Assembly: GCA_030647205.1 (NCBI GenBank)
Contig: JAUSJO010000002.1
Coordinates: 177,112-241,111 of the forward strand
Length of the DNA stretch: 64,000 nucleotides
Direction: 5' to 3'
Source: a bacterium
GTDB lineage: Bacteria; Patescibacteriota; CPR2; UBA1875; JAJYID01
Shown here: in pieces, positions 47,563 through 56,773 of the stretch
Layout of the letters: every line of letters begins with the position of its first letter
Numbering within the stretch: position 1 is the stretch's first letter
The notes under the pieces: generated by a model
What the model saw: the letters and a program-made list of their open reading frames with translations, nothing else
What the model was told of the DNA's origin: nothing
The model's database searches: none
Made by a program: the position numbers and the translations under genes

Positions 47563-48316
47563 TGCGGGTATTATCCAGGACCAGGAGTGCTTGAAAAGGG
47601 CCACAGTGGCGATAGCCGGCTGTGGCGGCGCTGGTGGTAAATCTCCAGCGACATTCGCAAGGATGGGGGTTGGCAAGATAAGGTTAGCCGACCCGGATAC
47701 ATTTGATGTCTCAAACCTTAACCGGCAATATGGATCCAGTGTCCGCACGTTGGGTCAAAACAAGGCCCAGGCCATCGCTGATCTGGTGAAGGATATCAAT
47801 CCACATTGCGAAGTTGAAGTCTTCGAGGAGGGTATCACCGAAGACAACATCGCTTCGTTTCTCCAAGGAGTAGATGTGGCCATAGAGGAGATTGATATCC
47901 AGGCCGCTTACTTCTCAGTGATTTTCCATCGTACTGCAAGGGCAATGGGAATCCCTGTCTTAACCGGCGTTGAAGTTGGTTGGGGCGCAAACCTCTTCTA
48001 CTTCGATCCCGAGGGGATGACCTTCGAGGAGTACGTTGGGATTCCTGACGGCGCAAGCAAGGAAGAGATCGAGAAGCATCCTATCCCGATCACTGCGTAT
48101 AGTCCGGAGATACCGGAGTATGTGACCGAGGATATTCTCGGCATGATCATGAGCGGCGAGATCGAAATACCGGCGATAGCGCCATCAGCGAACTTAACCG
48201 CAGCAATGATTGCGGTGTACACATACCTTCTGCTCAGTGGAGCCAAGAAGGTAGAACCGGTGCCTTACTACTATCCTGTCGACATATTTAATGTGGAGGC
48301 AAGAAGAGTAGTGTAG
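47522..48316 (+). CDS. ThiF/MoeB/E1-like adenylyltransferase
   Basis: Rossmann motif VAIAGCGGAGG and RLADPDTFDVSNLNRQ. Confidence 0.75.
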   Translation: MVKMIPYEALTARNAGIIQDQECLKRATVAIAGCGGAGGKSPATFARMGVGKIRLADPDTFDVSNLNRQYGSSVRTLGQNKAQAIADLVKDINPHCEVEVFEEGITEDNIASFLQGVDVAIEEIDIQAAYFSVIFHRTARAMGIPVLTGVEVGWGANLFYFDPEGMTFEEYVGIPDGASKEEIEKHPIPITAYSPEIPEYVTEDILGMIMSGEIEIPAIAPSANLTAAMIAVYTYLLLSGAKKVEPVPYYYPVDIFNVEARRVV

Positions 48317-48412
48317 CTTTATAACTTCAGAGTGTTACTCTGAAAATTGCCAACCCCGTGGGGTTGGCAATTTTCTTTTATATGAATTATACTTAATTAA
48401 AAGCGAGGGAAA

Positions 48413-50686
48413 ATGTTACTTTTTTATTTGTCTCTAGTTGGGATTTCAAATTTATTCTTAGGTTTTTTGGCTTTGTTTAGAAACAAAAAAGATGCCTCAA
48501 ATATTGCTTTCTTCACCTTGACAGTACTAATTGTTAGTTGGTTATCCATGAACTATGTCGCAGACTATGCGACAACAATTGATCTCAATCTATTGTTTAC
48601 AAAGTTGACTATGGTTCTTGCTTTTCTTGCTGCCCTTGGCTTCTACCTTTTTTCAATTCTTTTTATGAGGAGGATAAAAAAGATAGGACCACATACAATT
48701 ATACTTTTCATTTTGACATTAACTATTGTTTTGATATCCATTTTTTCCGATAAAATTATTAAGAGCACATCTATTTCAAACAATGTTACCGATGTTGTGT
48801 TTGGTGATTTTGCTATTATTTACTTTGTTCTTTTTATCTATTTTTTGATTGTATCTTTAGGATGTTTATTTTTAAAGCTGAGATCTTCTTCCGGGGTTGA
48901 TAAAAAACGTATTATATTTGTCGCAGTTGGGCTTGCACTGATGTCTGTAATGGCGACATTTACCAACCTAATCATGCCGCTTGTATTTAGTATTTTTTTA
49001 CTAACTCCATTCGGTGGATTTTCAACATTGTTTTTTACCGGTTTCACCACTTATGCCATAGTCAAGCATCGTTTGATGGATATTCGCATGGTGGTAGCAA
49101 AATCCGTAGCATTTATGATACTTATAGCGTTTATTGGAATCTTCTACACATTCACGATGATATGGTTAGAAAAGATTATTTTTCCTGAAACCGGAGGTAA
49201 GTTAAGCCCTGGTCAGATTGTATTTAGGATTATTCTAACGCTATTTGTTGTCTTCACTTTTCAACCACTTCGGAGTTTCATTACAAAGAAAACTGATAAG
49301 ATATTTTTCAAGCAATCATATGAGCCGGAAAATCTTTTGGATACGTTATCGCATACGATGGGATCAAGTATTGTGCTCATAGAGCTTCTGTATAAGATTT
49401 TGAATATTCTGACCAGTAATATGAAGGTTTCGAGAGGGTTTTTTGTTATTTTGAAAGATGGGGACAAGATTGATACCACCCAAGGGGTCGGTTATAAAAA
49501 AAGTCCTGTAATATCTTTGAGAGAGATTGAAATTTTGTCTAAAGATGGTATTTGCATATATGACGAACTGGATGATAAGTCACAAGTAAAACGGATATTA
49601 AGAAAACATGATGCTTCCTTAGCTATCCCCCTTAAATCAAACAACAAAGTTTCCGGCATCCTTTTCTTGGGTGAGAAAAATTCTGGCGATATGTACAGCG
49701 CTCAGGATATTAGGATCTTTGAAATCCTAGGGCCTGAGGTGACAGTAGCAATAGAAAACGCCAAATCTTATGAAGAGATTCAGCAGTTTAACGCGGTGCT
49801 TAGGACGGAAGTACAAAAAGCCACCAGAGAGCTTAAGGGGGCAAACCAGAATCTGCGTGAGCTTGATAAGGCAAAAGATGAGTTTATATCCATGGCTTCT
49901 CATCAGCTCCGTACACCGCTGACAGCCATCAAAGGTTATCTCTCGATGCTTTTGGAGGGTGATGCGGGTGAGATAAAGGTTGGGCAATATGAGTTTGTTC
50001 AGGAAGCTTACTACGGTGCAACAAGAATGGTTTCTTTGATTAACGATCTTTTAAATGTTTCGAGGATGGAGACAGGAAGATTCTTTCTTGAAATCAAGGA
50101 GTTTGATCTGACAAAAACCGTGGAGGAGGAGATTAAGCAGTTGGAAAAAGTTGCCAGAGATAAGGGAATCAAGCTCGTATATCAAAAACACGGGCACGTC
50201 AGTCTGTGTGCTGATGAGATGAAGGTAAGACAGGTAGTTATGAATTTTGTAGATAACGCTATCTACTACACACTAGACGGGAAAGTTGTGGTGAATCTTT
50301 ATGATGAGGGTAAAAATGTTCGATTTGAAGTAACCGATAATGGTATCGGAGTGCCAAAGGAACAGCAGAAGAATCTTTTCACTAAATTCTTTCGCGCAGA
50401 AAATGCCAGAAGCACGCGGCCTGATGGAACTGGCCTTGGGCTCTTTATGGCAAAAAAGGTTATAGAGGAACATCATGGCGAGGTAATCTTCCATTCTGTT
50501 GAAGGAAAAGGTTCTACTTTTGGATTCCGACTGCCTAAAGTAGCAAAGGTTACTAAGGATAACACTTCTGCCTTCGATCCTAATATTCCTTTGGAGACGC
50601 CGGTTAACAAAGCAATAGAGGTTATGGATAAAAAGATAAAGGATAGTGCACAGAGCGATAAGAAAGAGAAAAAAATACTGGTATAA
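48413..50686 (+). CDS. Multi-TM sensor histidine kinase (HisKA + HATPase_c)
   Basis: H-box FISMASHQLRTPLTAIKGY, N/G boxes DNGIGVP...GTGLGLFMAKK. Confidence 0.8.
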   Translation: MLLFYLSLVGISNLFLGFLALFRNKKDASNIAFFTLTVLIVSWLSMNYVADYATTIDLNLLFTKLTMVLAFLAALGFYLFSILFMRRIKKIGPHTIILFILTLTIVLISIFSDKIIKSTSISNNVTDVVFGDFAIIYFVLFIYFLIVSLGCLFLKLRSSSGVDKKRIIFVAVGLALMSVMATFTNLIMPLVFSIFLLTPFGGFSTLFFTGFTTYAIVKHRLMDIRMVVAKSVAFMILIAFIGIFYTFTMIWLEKIIFPETGGKLSPGQIVFRIILTLFVVFTFQPLRSFITKKTDKIFFKQSYEPENLLDTLSHTMGSSIVLIELLYKILNILTSNMKVSRGFFVILKDGDKIDTTQGVGYKKSPVISLREIEILSKDGICIYDELDDKSQVKRILRKHDASLAIPLKSNNKVSGILFLGEKNSGDMYSAQDIRIFEILGPEVTVAIENAKSYEEIQQFNAVLRTEVQKATRELKGANQNLRELDKAKDEFISMASHQLRTPLTAIKGYLSMLLEGDAGEIKVGQYEFVQEAYYGATRMVSLINDLLNVSRMETGRFFLEIKEFDLTKTVEEEIKQLEKVARDKGIKLVYQKHGHVSLCADEMKVRQVVMNFVDNAIYYTLDGKVVVNLYDEGKNVRFEVTDNGIGVPKEQQKNLFTKFFRAENARSTRPDGTGLGLFMAKKVIEEHHGEVIFHSVEGKGSTFGFRLPKVAKVTKDNTSAFDPNIPLETPVNKAIEVMDKKIKDSAQSDKKEKKILV

Positions 50687-50776
50687 GTCCGGACTTCAAT
50701 CGTTTGTAGCTTTAAACATGGCAAAAGCCGTGTTTTTTGTTTATTTTAGAAACAGTATTTAAACAAGGAGATAACT

Positions 50777-50965
50777 ATGCAATTCTATAATGTAAAAAAA
50801 AGAGAAAAGGTTGAAATACCCGAGGACCAACTAAAAAAGACCATTTATAAAGGCAAAGGCGGTCAGGTTCGATACGCTGCAAGAGCGGTAGACAATGATG
50901 GAACAAATCTAACTAGATTTTTGTCGAAGGACGACTATGATGCGCTAGACGCACCTGAGGAGTAA
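50777..50965 (+). CDS. Small hypothetical protein (62 aa)
   Basis: strong RBS AAGGAGATAACTATG. Confidence 0.35.
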   Translation: MQFYNVKKREKVEIPEDQLKKTIYKGKGGQVRYAARAVDNDGTNLTRFLSKDDYDALDAPEE

Positions 50966-51340
50966 TCATTCTTTTATTTGTTCAAGCAGATTTTTGGGTA
51001 CTCTTCTAACCATGATCTTTTTGTAACCAAGCGACTTGGCTTTGGCAAGCCGATGTATGCCGTCCAAAACTATCCATTTATTACGGTGGAGATATATCTC
51101 TAGTGGATATTTCAAATCAGCTTTATCCATTTTCTTTGCATGGGTTGGTTCTTTGGCTAAATTTGCTAAGAGTTGATTGATGCTTAGATTCCAATCATCT
51201 GTATTTTCTTTCTCCAGATAAAATATATCAAAATTATATTGGAGTTCTGATAGATCAAGTTCCTCAACTGGCAAACTAAGTGCCCATAATTTTTTATGAT
51301 TTATTTTGAATCCATAATCTATTTCTTTCGGTTTTCCCAT
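50966..51340 (-). CDS. ParB/Srx-fold (ParB N-terminal nuclease-like) domain protein
   Basis: IVLDGIHRLAKAKSLGYKKIMVRRV resembles ParBc DGxHR motif. Confidence 0.45.
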   Translation of the reverse strand: MGKPKEIDYGFKINHKKLWALSLPVEELDLSELQYNFDIFYLEKENTDDWNLSINQLLANLAKEPTHAKKMDKADLKYPLEIYLHRNKWIVLDGIHRLAKAKSLGYKKIMVRRVPKNLLEQIKE

Positions 51341-51408
51341 GTGAGGATCTTATCATAGAACTCACCGTAACTAAAGAAGGCAACGATATGCAAGATATCA
51401 TTGCCTTC

Positions 51409-51427
51409 TTGGTAGCCCGTAGGGGAA
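51409..51427 (-). repeat. 19-nt direct copy of tRNA-Glu 3' end (TTCCCCTACGGGCTACCAA on minus)
   Basis: ttggtagcccgtaggggaa identical at 51409-51427 and 52264-52282. Confidence 0.8.
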
Positions 51428-51728
51428 CTTACCGCTATCATATACTGTTTGCATGGCAACAGTTTGGGTACGAATTATTGAATTTCTGTAACTTATTTTT
51501 CTAGATTATTCTATCACCTCAGGAGTTCTCATCCCGATGTACTAAAAAAGCCGACAATGTAGCGAGTACATTATCAGCTTTTTGGTAGACCGAGTCACTT
51601 TAAATTGGAACTCTTTACTCTCTGAACTTAAGGCAATGTCAGAGTTATTTACCCCTGCTCAGAACGTTATGTCTGGATGATTACCATTGTTTATTAGAAC
51701 AAAAAAGGAAAATAAATTGAAAGAGGTT

Positions 51729-52193
51729 TTATCGCTTACTACAATATTCGGATAAACCCTCCATCTTAATACCATAATTATTTACTAAATATTTTCCCTC
51801 TTTTAAAGAAACAGGGACTTCACATTTTTCCGTCAAGGAACCATCCCAATTTGGATTCTCTATCTCAGTTCCGTAATAGAAAACACACTTGTCATTATTT
51901 ATTCCCTCAAAAGAAAAATGGGTTGAGCCGAACCCAAAATAAACTACATCTTTTCCTTTAGAACAGTTTGCAAAATTTATAACAATAGAACTTGCTTTAC
52001 CGGGTTGTGGCAATTGAGTAATTGCACTCTCACTATCAACTTGTTTCTGTGTTGCCTGAATATTTTTGTTTTTTACAGTTTCATCCTCTTTAACTTTTTT
52101 GCCTACTATATAATACCAAACACCTATATTTAAAGCAGTCAAAATAATTATTAAAATGATGAGTAATATGTATGATTTCTTTTTCTCTACCAT
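51729..52193 (-). CDS. Secreted/membrane-anchored hypothetical protein (N-terminal TM, Cys-containing ectodomain)
   Basis: ORF; signal-anchor ILLIILIIILTALNIGVWYYIV. Confidence 0.4.
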   Translation of the reverse strand: MVEKKKSYILLIILIIILTALNIGVWYYIVGKKVKEDETVKNKNIQATQKQVDSESAITQLPQPGKASSIVINFANCSKGKDVVYFGFGSTHFSFEGINNDKCVFYYGTEIENPNWDGSLTEKCEVPVSLKEGKYLVNNYGIKMEGLSEYCSKR

Positions 52194-52264
52194 AAAAATA
52201 TTATATCATAAAGGTTATAAAAATATTACAAACAAAAAAATGGCTATAAAAAGCCAAAATAATT

Positions 52265-52339
52265 TGGTAGCCCGTAGGGGAATCGAACCCCTGTTACCAG
52301 GATGAAAACCTGGCGTCCTAACCACTAGACGAACGGGCC
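52265..52339 (-). tRNA. tRNA-Glu (anticodon TTC)
   Basis: rc: GGCCCGTTCGTCTAGTGGTTAGGAC... anticodon stem CCAGG/CCTGG loop TTTTCAT, T-loop TTCGATT, CCA; close to E. coli tRNA-Glu architecture. Confidence 0.8.
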
Positions 52340-52426
52340 GTAAATACCAAGAAATTATAGCAGAAAAACTCTGATAAATCAATAATATGCTTGAAAAACG
52401 ACCTCAAATGTGCTATACTCACACAT

Positions 52427-52797
52427 GCTAAGCAAGTCGGATGATCGCTCCGCAAGGAGAGGAAAGTCCGGGCACCATATGAGCAAGGTAGTTGCGAAAC
52501 GCAACCGGTCGAAAGGCCCGAGCCAGTGCCACAGAAACATATACCGCCTCAATTTATTGAGGTAAGGGTGAAAAGAGTGGGGTAAGAGCCCACAGCGTTT
52601 GCCGGTGACGGTAAATGGAGGTAAACCTTACTTGGTGCAAGTCCGGTGGGCTGAAGTTTTCCTAGATTGTGTCTTAGCTTTGCGAAAGCAAGGTGTGGCT
52701 CTAAAATAGCGAGGTGTTGCTCGCACTGAAAACTAAGGTCCGGACGCACAGATAGATGATCATCGATAACAGAACCCGGCTTATAGACTCGCTTAGC
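52427..52797 (+). ncRNA. rnpB: RNase P RNA (bacterial type A), with TGCTATACT extended -10 upstream
   Basis: conserved P4 strands AGGAAAGTCCGGGC and ACAGAACCCGGCTTA, CCAGTGCCACAGAAA, GGGTGAAA..GGTAAGAGCCCACAG; P1 GCTAAGCAAGTC/GACTCGCTTAGC. Confidence 0.85.
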
Positions 52798-52895
52798 AAT
52801 AAAAAAGTCTCGAATCCTTGAGGCTTTTTTGTATTTTTAAGTGCTGACAACGCAGAATTATTCATGTAAAATATAAAGACTAATCGGGATTTTTT

Positions 52896-54188
52896 ATGTT
52901 TGAGATACTTAGAAATATGTTTCGGAGGAAGCTAAGGACAACACTGACTATCTTTGGTATTGTCATTGGTATTTTAGCATTAGTTGTTCTTGGATCATTG
53001 GCTGAGAAAATGAACTTAATGATGAAGGGTGGAGAAAAATTTCTGACAGGACAGATTTCGGTGTCTTCCGGTGCGCCATCGAACGAAGGTGGCAATCCAT
53101 TTGCTTCATCGGGATTTCTGACTCAGGATAAAATAAGACAGATTGAGAAAGTCAATGGCGTGAAAGCGGTTCAAGCCGGGGTCGAAACGCCATATGTAGA
53201 TCCGGATAAAAAAGATGGAGGCGGTATAAGCTTTGGAGCACCGCCAACGATCATGGGATCGGATCTAAACTCTACATTTGAGAATGTAAACTGGAAAACA
53301 TTAGCCATGAAAAGTGGTCGAATGATAACTAGGGGAGATAAAGGCGTAGTTGTTGTTGGGTCAGATATAGCTACTGACAAAAAACTCTATACGAACGATA
53401 CGATGAAAATTGGTGGGAAAGACTTTAAAGTTATCGGAGTACTAGAAAAAACAATGACAGGTCCGGACTCATATATTTTTATGGAGCTGGGTGATTCAAG
53501 GGAAGTTCTCATTACTCAAAATCCAACCCTTAAAGACCTAAGAGACAAGTCGACGAGCGCGAAAAAGACACTAGCCGATCCATCATTTAAATATCTTTCC
53601 CCTGAAGTGCAGGCGCAGATAAAACAAGCGGCGAACTTCAATGATGAAGATATTATTACCGGAGCATCAGTCAGTTGGAAGGATGGTGTCGATCCTGAAA
53701 AACTCTCAAAAGATATCAAAGATAAAGTTCAGGGGGTGAAAACTCTATCGCCGGCTGACGGGAAGAAAATGATACAGTCTATCTCTGTTCTCATGAATGC
53801 AGTGATTGTTGGGAGTGCTTTAATCGCCTTAGTCGTCGGTTCGTTGTCGGTGATTAACACGATGATAATGTCAGTCTCAGAGAGAAAACGTGAGATAGGC
53901 GTCAAAAAAGCAGTTGGTGCTCACGACAGACACATTATTAAAGAGTATTTGATAGAATCATCAGCAATCGGTCTTCTCGGAGGACTCCTTGGTCTTGGTA
54001 TTGGGAGCTTGATAGTATTTTCAATCAATAAAATGACCGAGTCGAGTAATATCCAGGTATTTCAGGTTACACCACGACTTGCTATAGGGGCACTTATCTT
54101 CTCTATTACACTTGGGGCGGTAGCAGGACTATATCCGGCATGGCACGCCGCGAGAATCAATCCGGTAGCAGCATTAAAAGAAGAGTAA
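52896..54188 (+). CDS. FtsX-family (MacB-type) permease with large extracytoplasmic domain
   Basis: 1+3 TM topology, ~270-aa loop. Confidence 0.75.
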   Translation: MFEILRNMFRRKLRTTLTIFGIVIGILALVVLGSLAEKMNLMMKGGEKFLTGQISVSSGAPSNEGGNPFASSGFLTQDKIRQIEKVNGVKAVQAGVETPYVDPDKKDGGGISFGAPPTIMGSDLNSTFENVNWKTLAMKSGRMITRGDKGVVVVGSDIATDKKLYTNDTMKIGGKDFKVIGVLEKTMTGPDSYIFMELGDSREVLITQNPTLKDLRDKSTSAKKTLADPSFKYLSPEVQAQIKQAANFNDEDIITGASVSWKDGVDPEKLSKDIKDKVQGVKTLSPADGKKMIQSISVLMNAVIVGSALIALVVGSLSVINTMIMSVSERKREIGVKKAVGAHDRHIIKEYLIESSAIGLLGGLLGLGIGSLIVFSINKMTESSNIQVFQVTPRLAIGALIFSITLGAVAGLYPAWHAARINPVAALKEE

Positions 54189-54199
54189 TTTAAATTATT

Positions 54200-54901
54200 A
54201 TGGTTAAGAAAAAAACAGACAATATAATACTTCAAGCGAAGAATCTAAAAAAAACCTACAAACCAAGTAAGGAAAATATTGTTCATGCTTTAAATAATCT
54301 CAGCCTTGATATCAAAGAAGGGGAGATAGTGGCCATCATGGGGCCGTCCGGGTCGGGAAAGTCTACACTACTTAATATGTTTGGAATCCTTGATAAGCCA
54401 ACAAGTGGGAAAGTAGTAATAGATAAAAAAGATATTTATAAAGAAAGGAAATCTGAGTATCCGCAAATCCGCAGCGAAATGGTTGGGTTCATTTTCCAGC
54501 AATATAATCTCATTCCAACACTAACCGTACTAGAAAATGTAACATTGCCACTTAGATATTCTCGAGTTAAAAAGGGGAGTGCAAAGAGAAGAGCACTTAA
54601 GATTTTGGAAGAAGTGGGGATGAAAGAGAGGGCAAAGTCTAGGCCGACTCAGCTTTCTGGTGGACAGCAACAAAGAGTGGCGATAGCGCGAGCGCTCATA
54701 AATAATCCGGCAATAATCTTAGCTGATGAACCGACTGGTAATCTTGATACGAAAACAGGCGATGAAATCATAGAAATGATGGTTCGTCTAAACAAAAAAA
54801 CCGGACAGACATTTGTAATAGTCACTCACAACCCTGATGTTACAAGGATTGCTGATCGTGTGATTCACCTTCGCGATGGTAAACTCGAAAAAATTAGATA
54901 G
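54200..54901 (+). CDS. ABC transporter ATP-binding protein (MacB/LolD-like)
   Basis: [35 protein letters not shown]. Confidence 0.85.
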   Translation: MVKKKTDNIILQAKNLKKTYKPSKENIVHALNNLSLDIKEGEIVAIMGPSGSGKSTLLNMFGILDKPTSGKVVIDKKDIYKERKSEYPQIRSEMVGFIFQQYNLIPTLTVLENVTLPLRYSRVKKGSAKRRALKILEEVGMKERAKSRPTQLSGGQQQRVAIARALINNPAIILADEPTGNLDTKTGDEIIEMMVRLNKKTGQTFVIVTHNPDVTRIADRVIHLRDGKLEKIR

Positions 54902-54903
54902 TT

Positions 54904-55452
54904 ATGAGACTTGTTAATCTATCCGATTTTGGTATTAAGAGCATAAACTATTATTGGGAGCGAAGAAAAAACTTTAATCTATCTGAAGCTGAACTTTTTG
55001 AAGTTGGCATTACCGGTAATGAGGCGCAGGTTGATGAGAGATTAATCCCTAAGTTGAAAGAAGCTAACGAAATCTTTAAGAAGTATGGTTATGAGATAAT
55101 TATCAAGGACGCTTACCGGTCGCCTGAACTCTATAGGCTTGTCCAAAAGAAGCGCTATGAAAATGATGGCAAGGAGATTACCGACAGAACGCTCAATGCA
55201 GTAACGATGCCTCATGCCACAGGTCTTGCTGTGGACATCAATCTGATAAAATTGAGTGATGGGGAAGAAGTTGAGATGTGGGATAAAGCAGACTGGCCGG
55301 AAGGGATTTTCGTCGACTATTATAGAGATAGAAAAGATACGAAAAGCCAAGAGTATCAGGGGTTACAAGATTTGCTCGTCGATAATATGCTGGGGCTTGG
55401 ATTCAGGATTGGTAGTAAGAAAGAATTCCATCATTTTGAGTATAAAAAGTAG
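54904..55452 (+). CDS. Peptidase M15-like (VanX/D-Ala-D-Ala dipeptidase-type zinc hydrolase)
   Basis: MPHATGLAVDI (S/HxxGxAxD) and EFHHFEY (ExxH) zinc-ligand motifs. Confidence 0.5.
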   Translation: MRLVNLSDFGIKSINYYWERRKNFNLSEAELFEVGITGNEAQVDERLIPKLKEANEIFKKYGYEIIIKDAYRSPELYRLVQKKRYENDGKEITDRTLNAVTMPHATGLAVDINLIKLSDGEEVEMWDKADWPEGIFVDYYRDRKDTKSQEYQGLQDLLVDNMLGLGFRIGSKKEFHHFEYKK

Positions 55453-55604
55453 CTTTTGATTTAATAGTTTCTTTGTATCAACTCGATAGTTATAAATTGT
55501 GGTAAAAACTATTTGCCAACAATCTTTTTATGATATAGATTAGTAATATAAGTACCTTGCAGGTTTAGTTTTTCCTCTATCCAAGATTACATTGAGGAGG
55601 AGAG

Positions 55605-55985
55605 ATGGATATTAAGTATGAGCTTGAGATGAGAGCGCTTCATAAATATCTCGAACGGATGCAAAAGGGTGAAGTTACGGGAGCAGAGCCTTTCCATGTA
55701 GTTGTCAACTTGATGGGGAAAGCATCTGATATAGCGCTCAAAGATGCCCGAAGAACACTCATTGATGAACGCAAGAGAGTGGTCAATGAAGGAGATCCTT
55801 TCCCCTTGAGCATTGAAGATCTGATCTCCGGAGCTTCTCAAGAAGGTCTTCTCGAGGTTTCGAGAATCTTTGCCGAGGATAGTCTAGTTGTTTTGGGTTT
55901 TATGGAAGAGCAAGAACAACAGATCGCGGCGGAGGCATTTCACGAGAAGTATACAGGGGAGAGACATCTTCAGCTTGTCTTATAA
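55605..55985 (+). CDS. Hypothetical protein (126 aa)
   Basis: ORF with GAGGAGGAG RBS. Confidence 0.35.
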   Translation: MDIKYELEMRALHKYLERMQKGEVTGAEPFHVVVNLMGKASDIALKDARRTLIDERKRVVNEGDPFPLSIEDLISGASQEGLLEVSRIFAEDSLVVLGFMEEQEQQIAAEAFHEKYTGERHLQLVL

Positions 55986-56043
55986 ACTAAACCATTTTGG
56001 GCGACCCTTCCGGGTCGCCCAAAATCTTATCTAAGTTTATTTT

Positions 56044-56229
56044 TTAGTGTCCGCAGCCGTGGCAAGATGAGCATCCGCCGTCTCCGCATCCGCCTTCTTC
56101 AAATACCTTTGAACTTTGTTTTTCCACGTTTTTGCTTTCGCAAGCGATACATTTTACTTCTACTGTATTCCCTTCAAGAAGCTCGAATTCTGCTTCGCAA
56201 TCTGCACATTTGTATTTGTTGACTGTCAT
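56044..56229 (-). CDS. FmdB-family zinc-ribbon protein with Cys/Gly/His-rich C-terminal tail
   Basis: YKCADCEAEFE...KCIACES zinc ribbon; tail GGCGDGGCSSCHGCGH. Confidence 0.5.
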   Translation of the reverse strand: MTVNKYKCADCEAEFELLEGNTVEVKCIACESKNVEKQSSKVFEEGGCGDGGCSSCHGCGH

Positions 56230-56242
56230 TTTCCCCTCGTTA

Positions 56243-56575
56243 TTATTTCAATAATTTTTTAAACACGTTTGGTTCTGTTGCGGCCAGGTCTGCAAGGATT
56301 TTTCTATCTAGTTCGATATTTCTGGTTTTTAAAGAATTCATAAACTCAGCATATCTTGTTCCGTTTTCACGGCAAGCTGCTGAAATTCTTGTTACCCAAA
56401 GTTTTCTGAAGTCTCTTTTCTTGGTTCGTCTGTCACGGTATGCATAAGACAGAGAGTGGAGCAGAGCTTCTTTAGCCTTCTTCACACTCGAAGTACGCGC
56501 ATGGCTCATGCCCTTGGTCTGTTTTAGTATCTTCTTATGTTTTTTCTTGGTAGTTGTACCTCGTTTAACTCGCAT
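56243..56575 (-). CDS. rplT: 50S ribosomal protein L20
   Basis: RVKRG...RKLWVTRISAA motif. Confidence 0.9.
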   Translation of the reverse strand: MRVKRGTTTKKKHKKILKQTKGMSHARTSSVKKAKEALLHSLSYAYRDRRTKKRDFRKLWVTRISAACRENGTRYAEFMNSLKTRNIELDRKILADLAATEPNVFKKLLK

Positions 56576-56578
56576 CCT

Positions 56579-56773
56579 TTATGCTCCTATCATTTCTTTT
56601 ACATTTTTAACATCAGCATTTGAAACACCCGTAGTTTTTGAGTTTCCTCTTTTTCTATCCGGCGCCTTTTTCTCTAGTTTATGGTTAAAAGTAGACTTAG
56701 CTCTTTTGGCCTTGCCCTTTTTTGTTATTTCAAATCTCTTTGCTGCGCTCTTGCGCGTTTTCATTTTCGGCAT
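56579..56773 (-). CDS. rpmI: 50S ribosomal protein L35 (start at MPKMKT, not the longer ORF-track start)
   Basis: MPKMKTRKSAAKRF canonical N-terminus; RBS GGAAAGGA. Confidence 0.85.
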   Translation of the reverse strand: MPKMKTRKSAAKRFEITKKGKAKRAKSTFNHKLEKKAPDRKRGNSKTTGVSNADVKNVKEMIGA

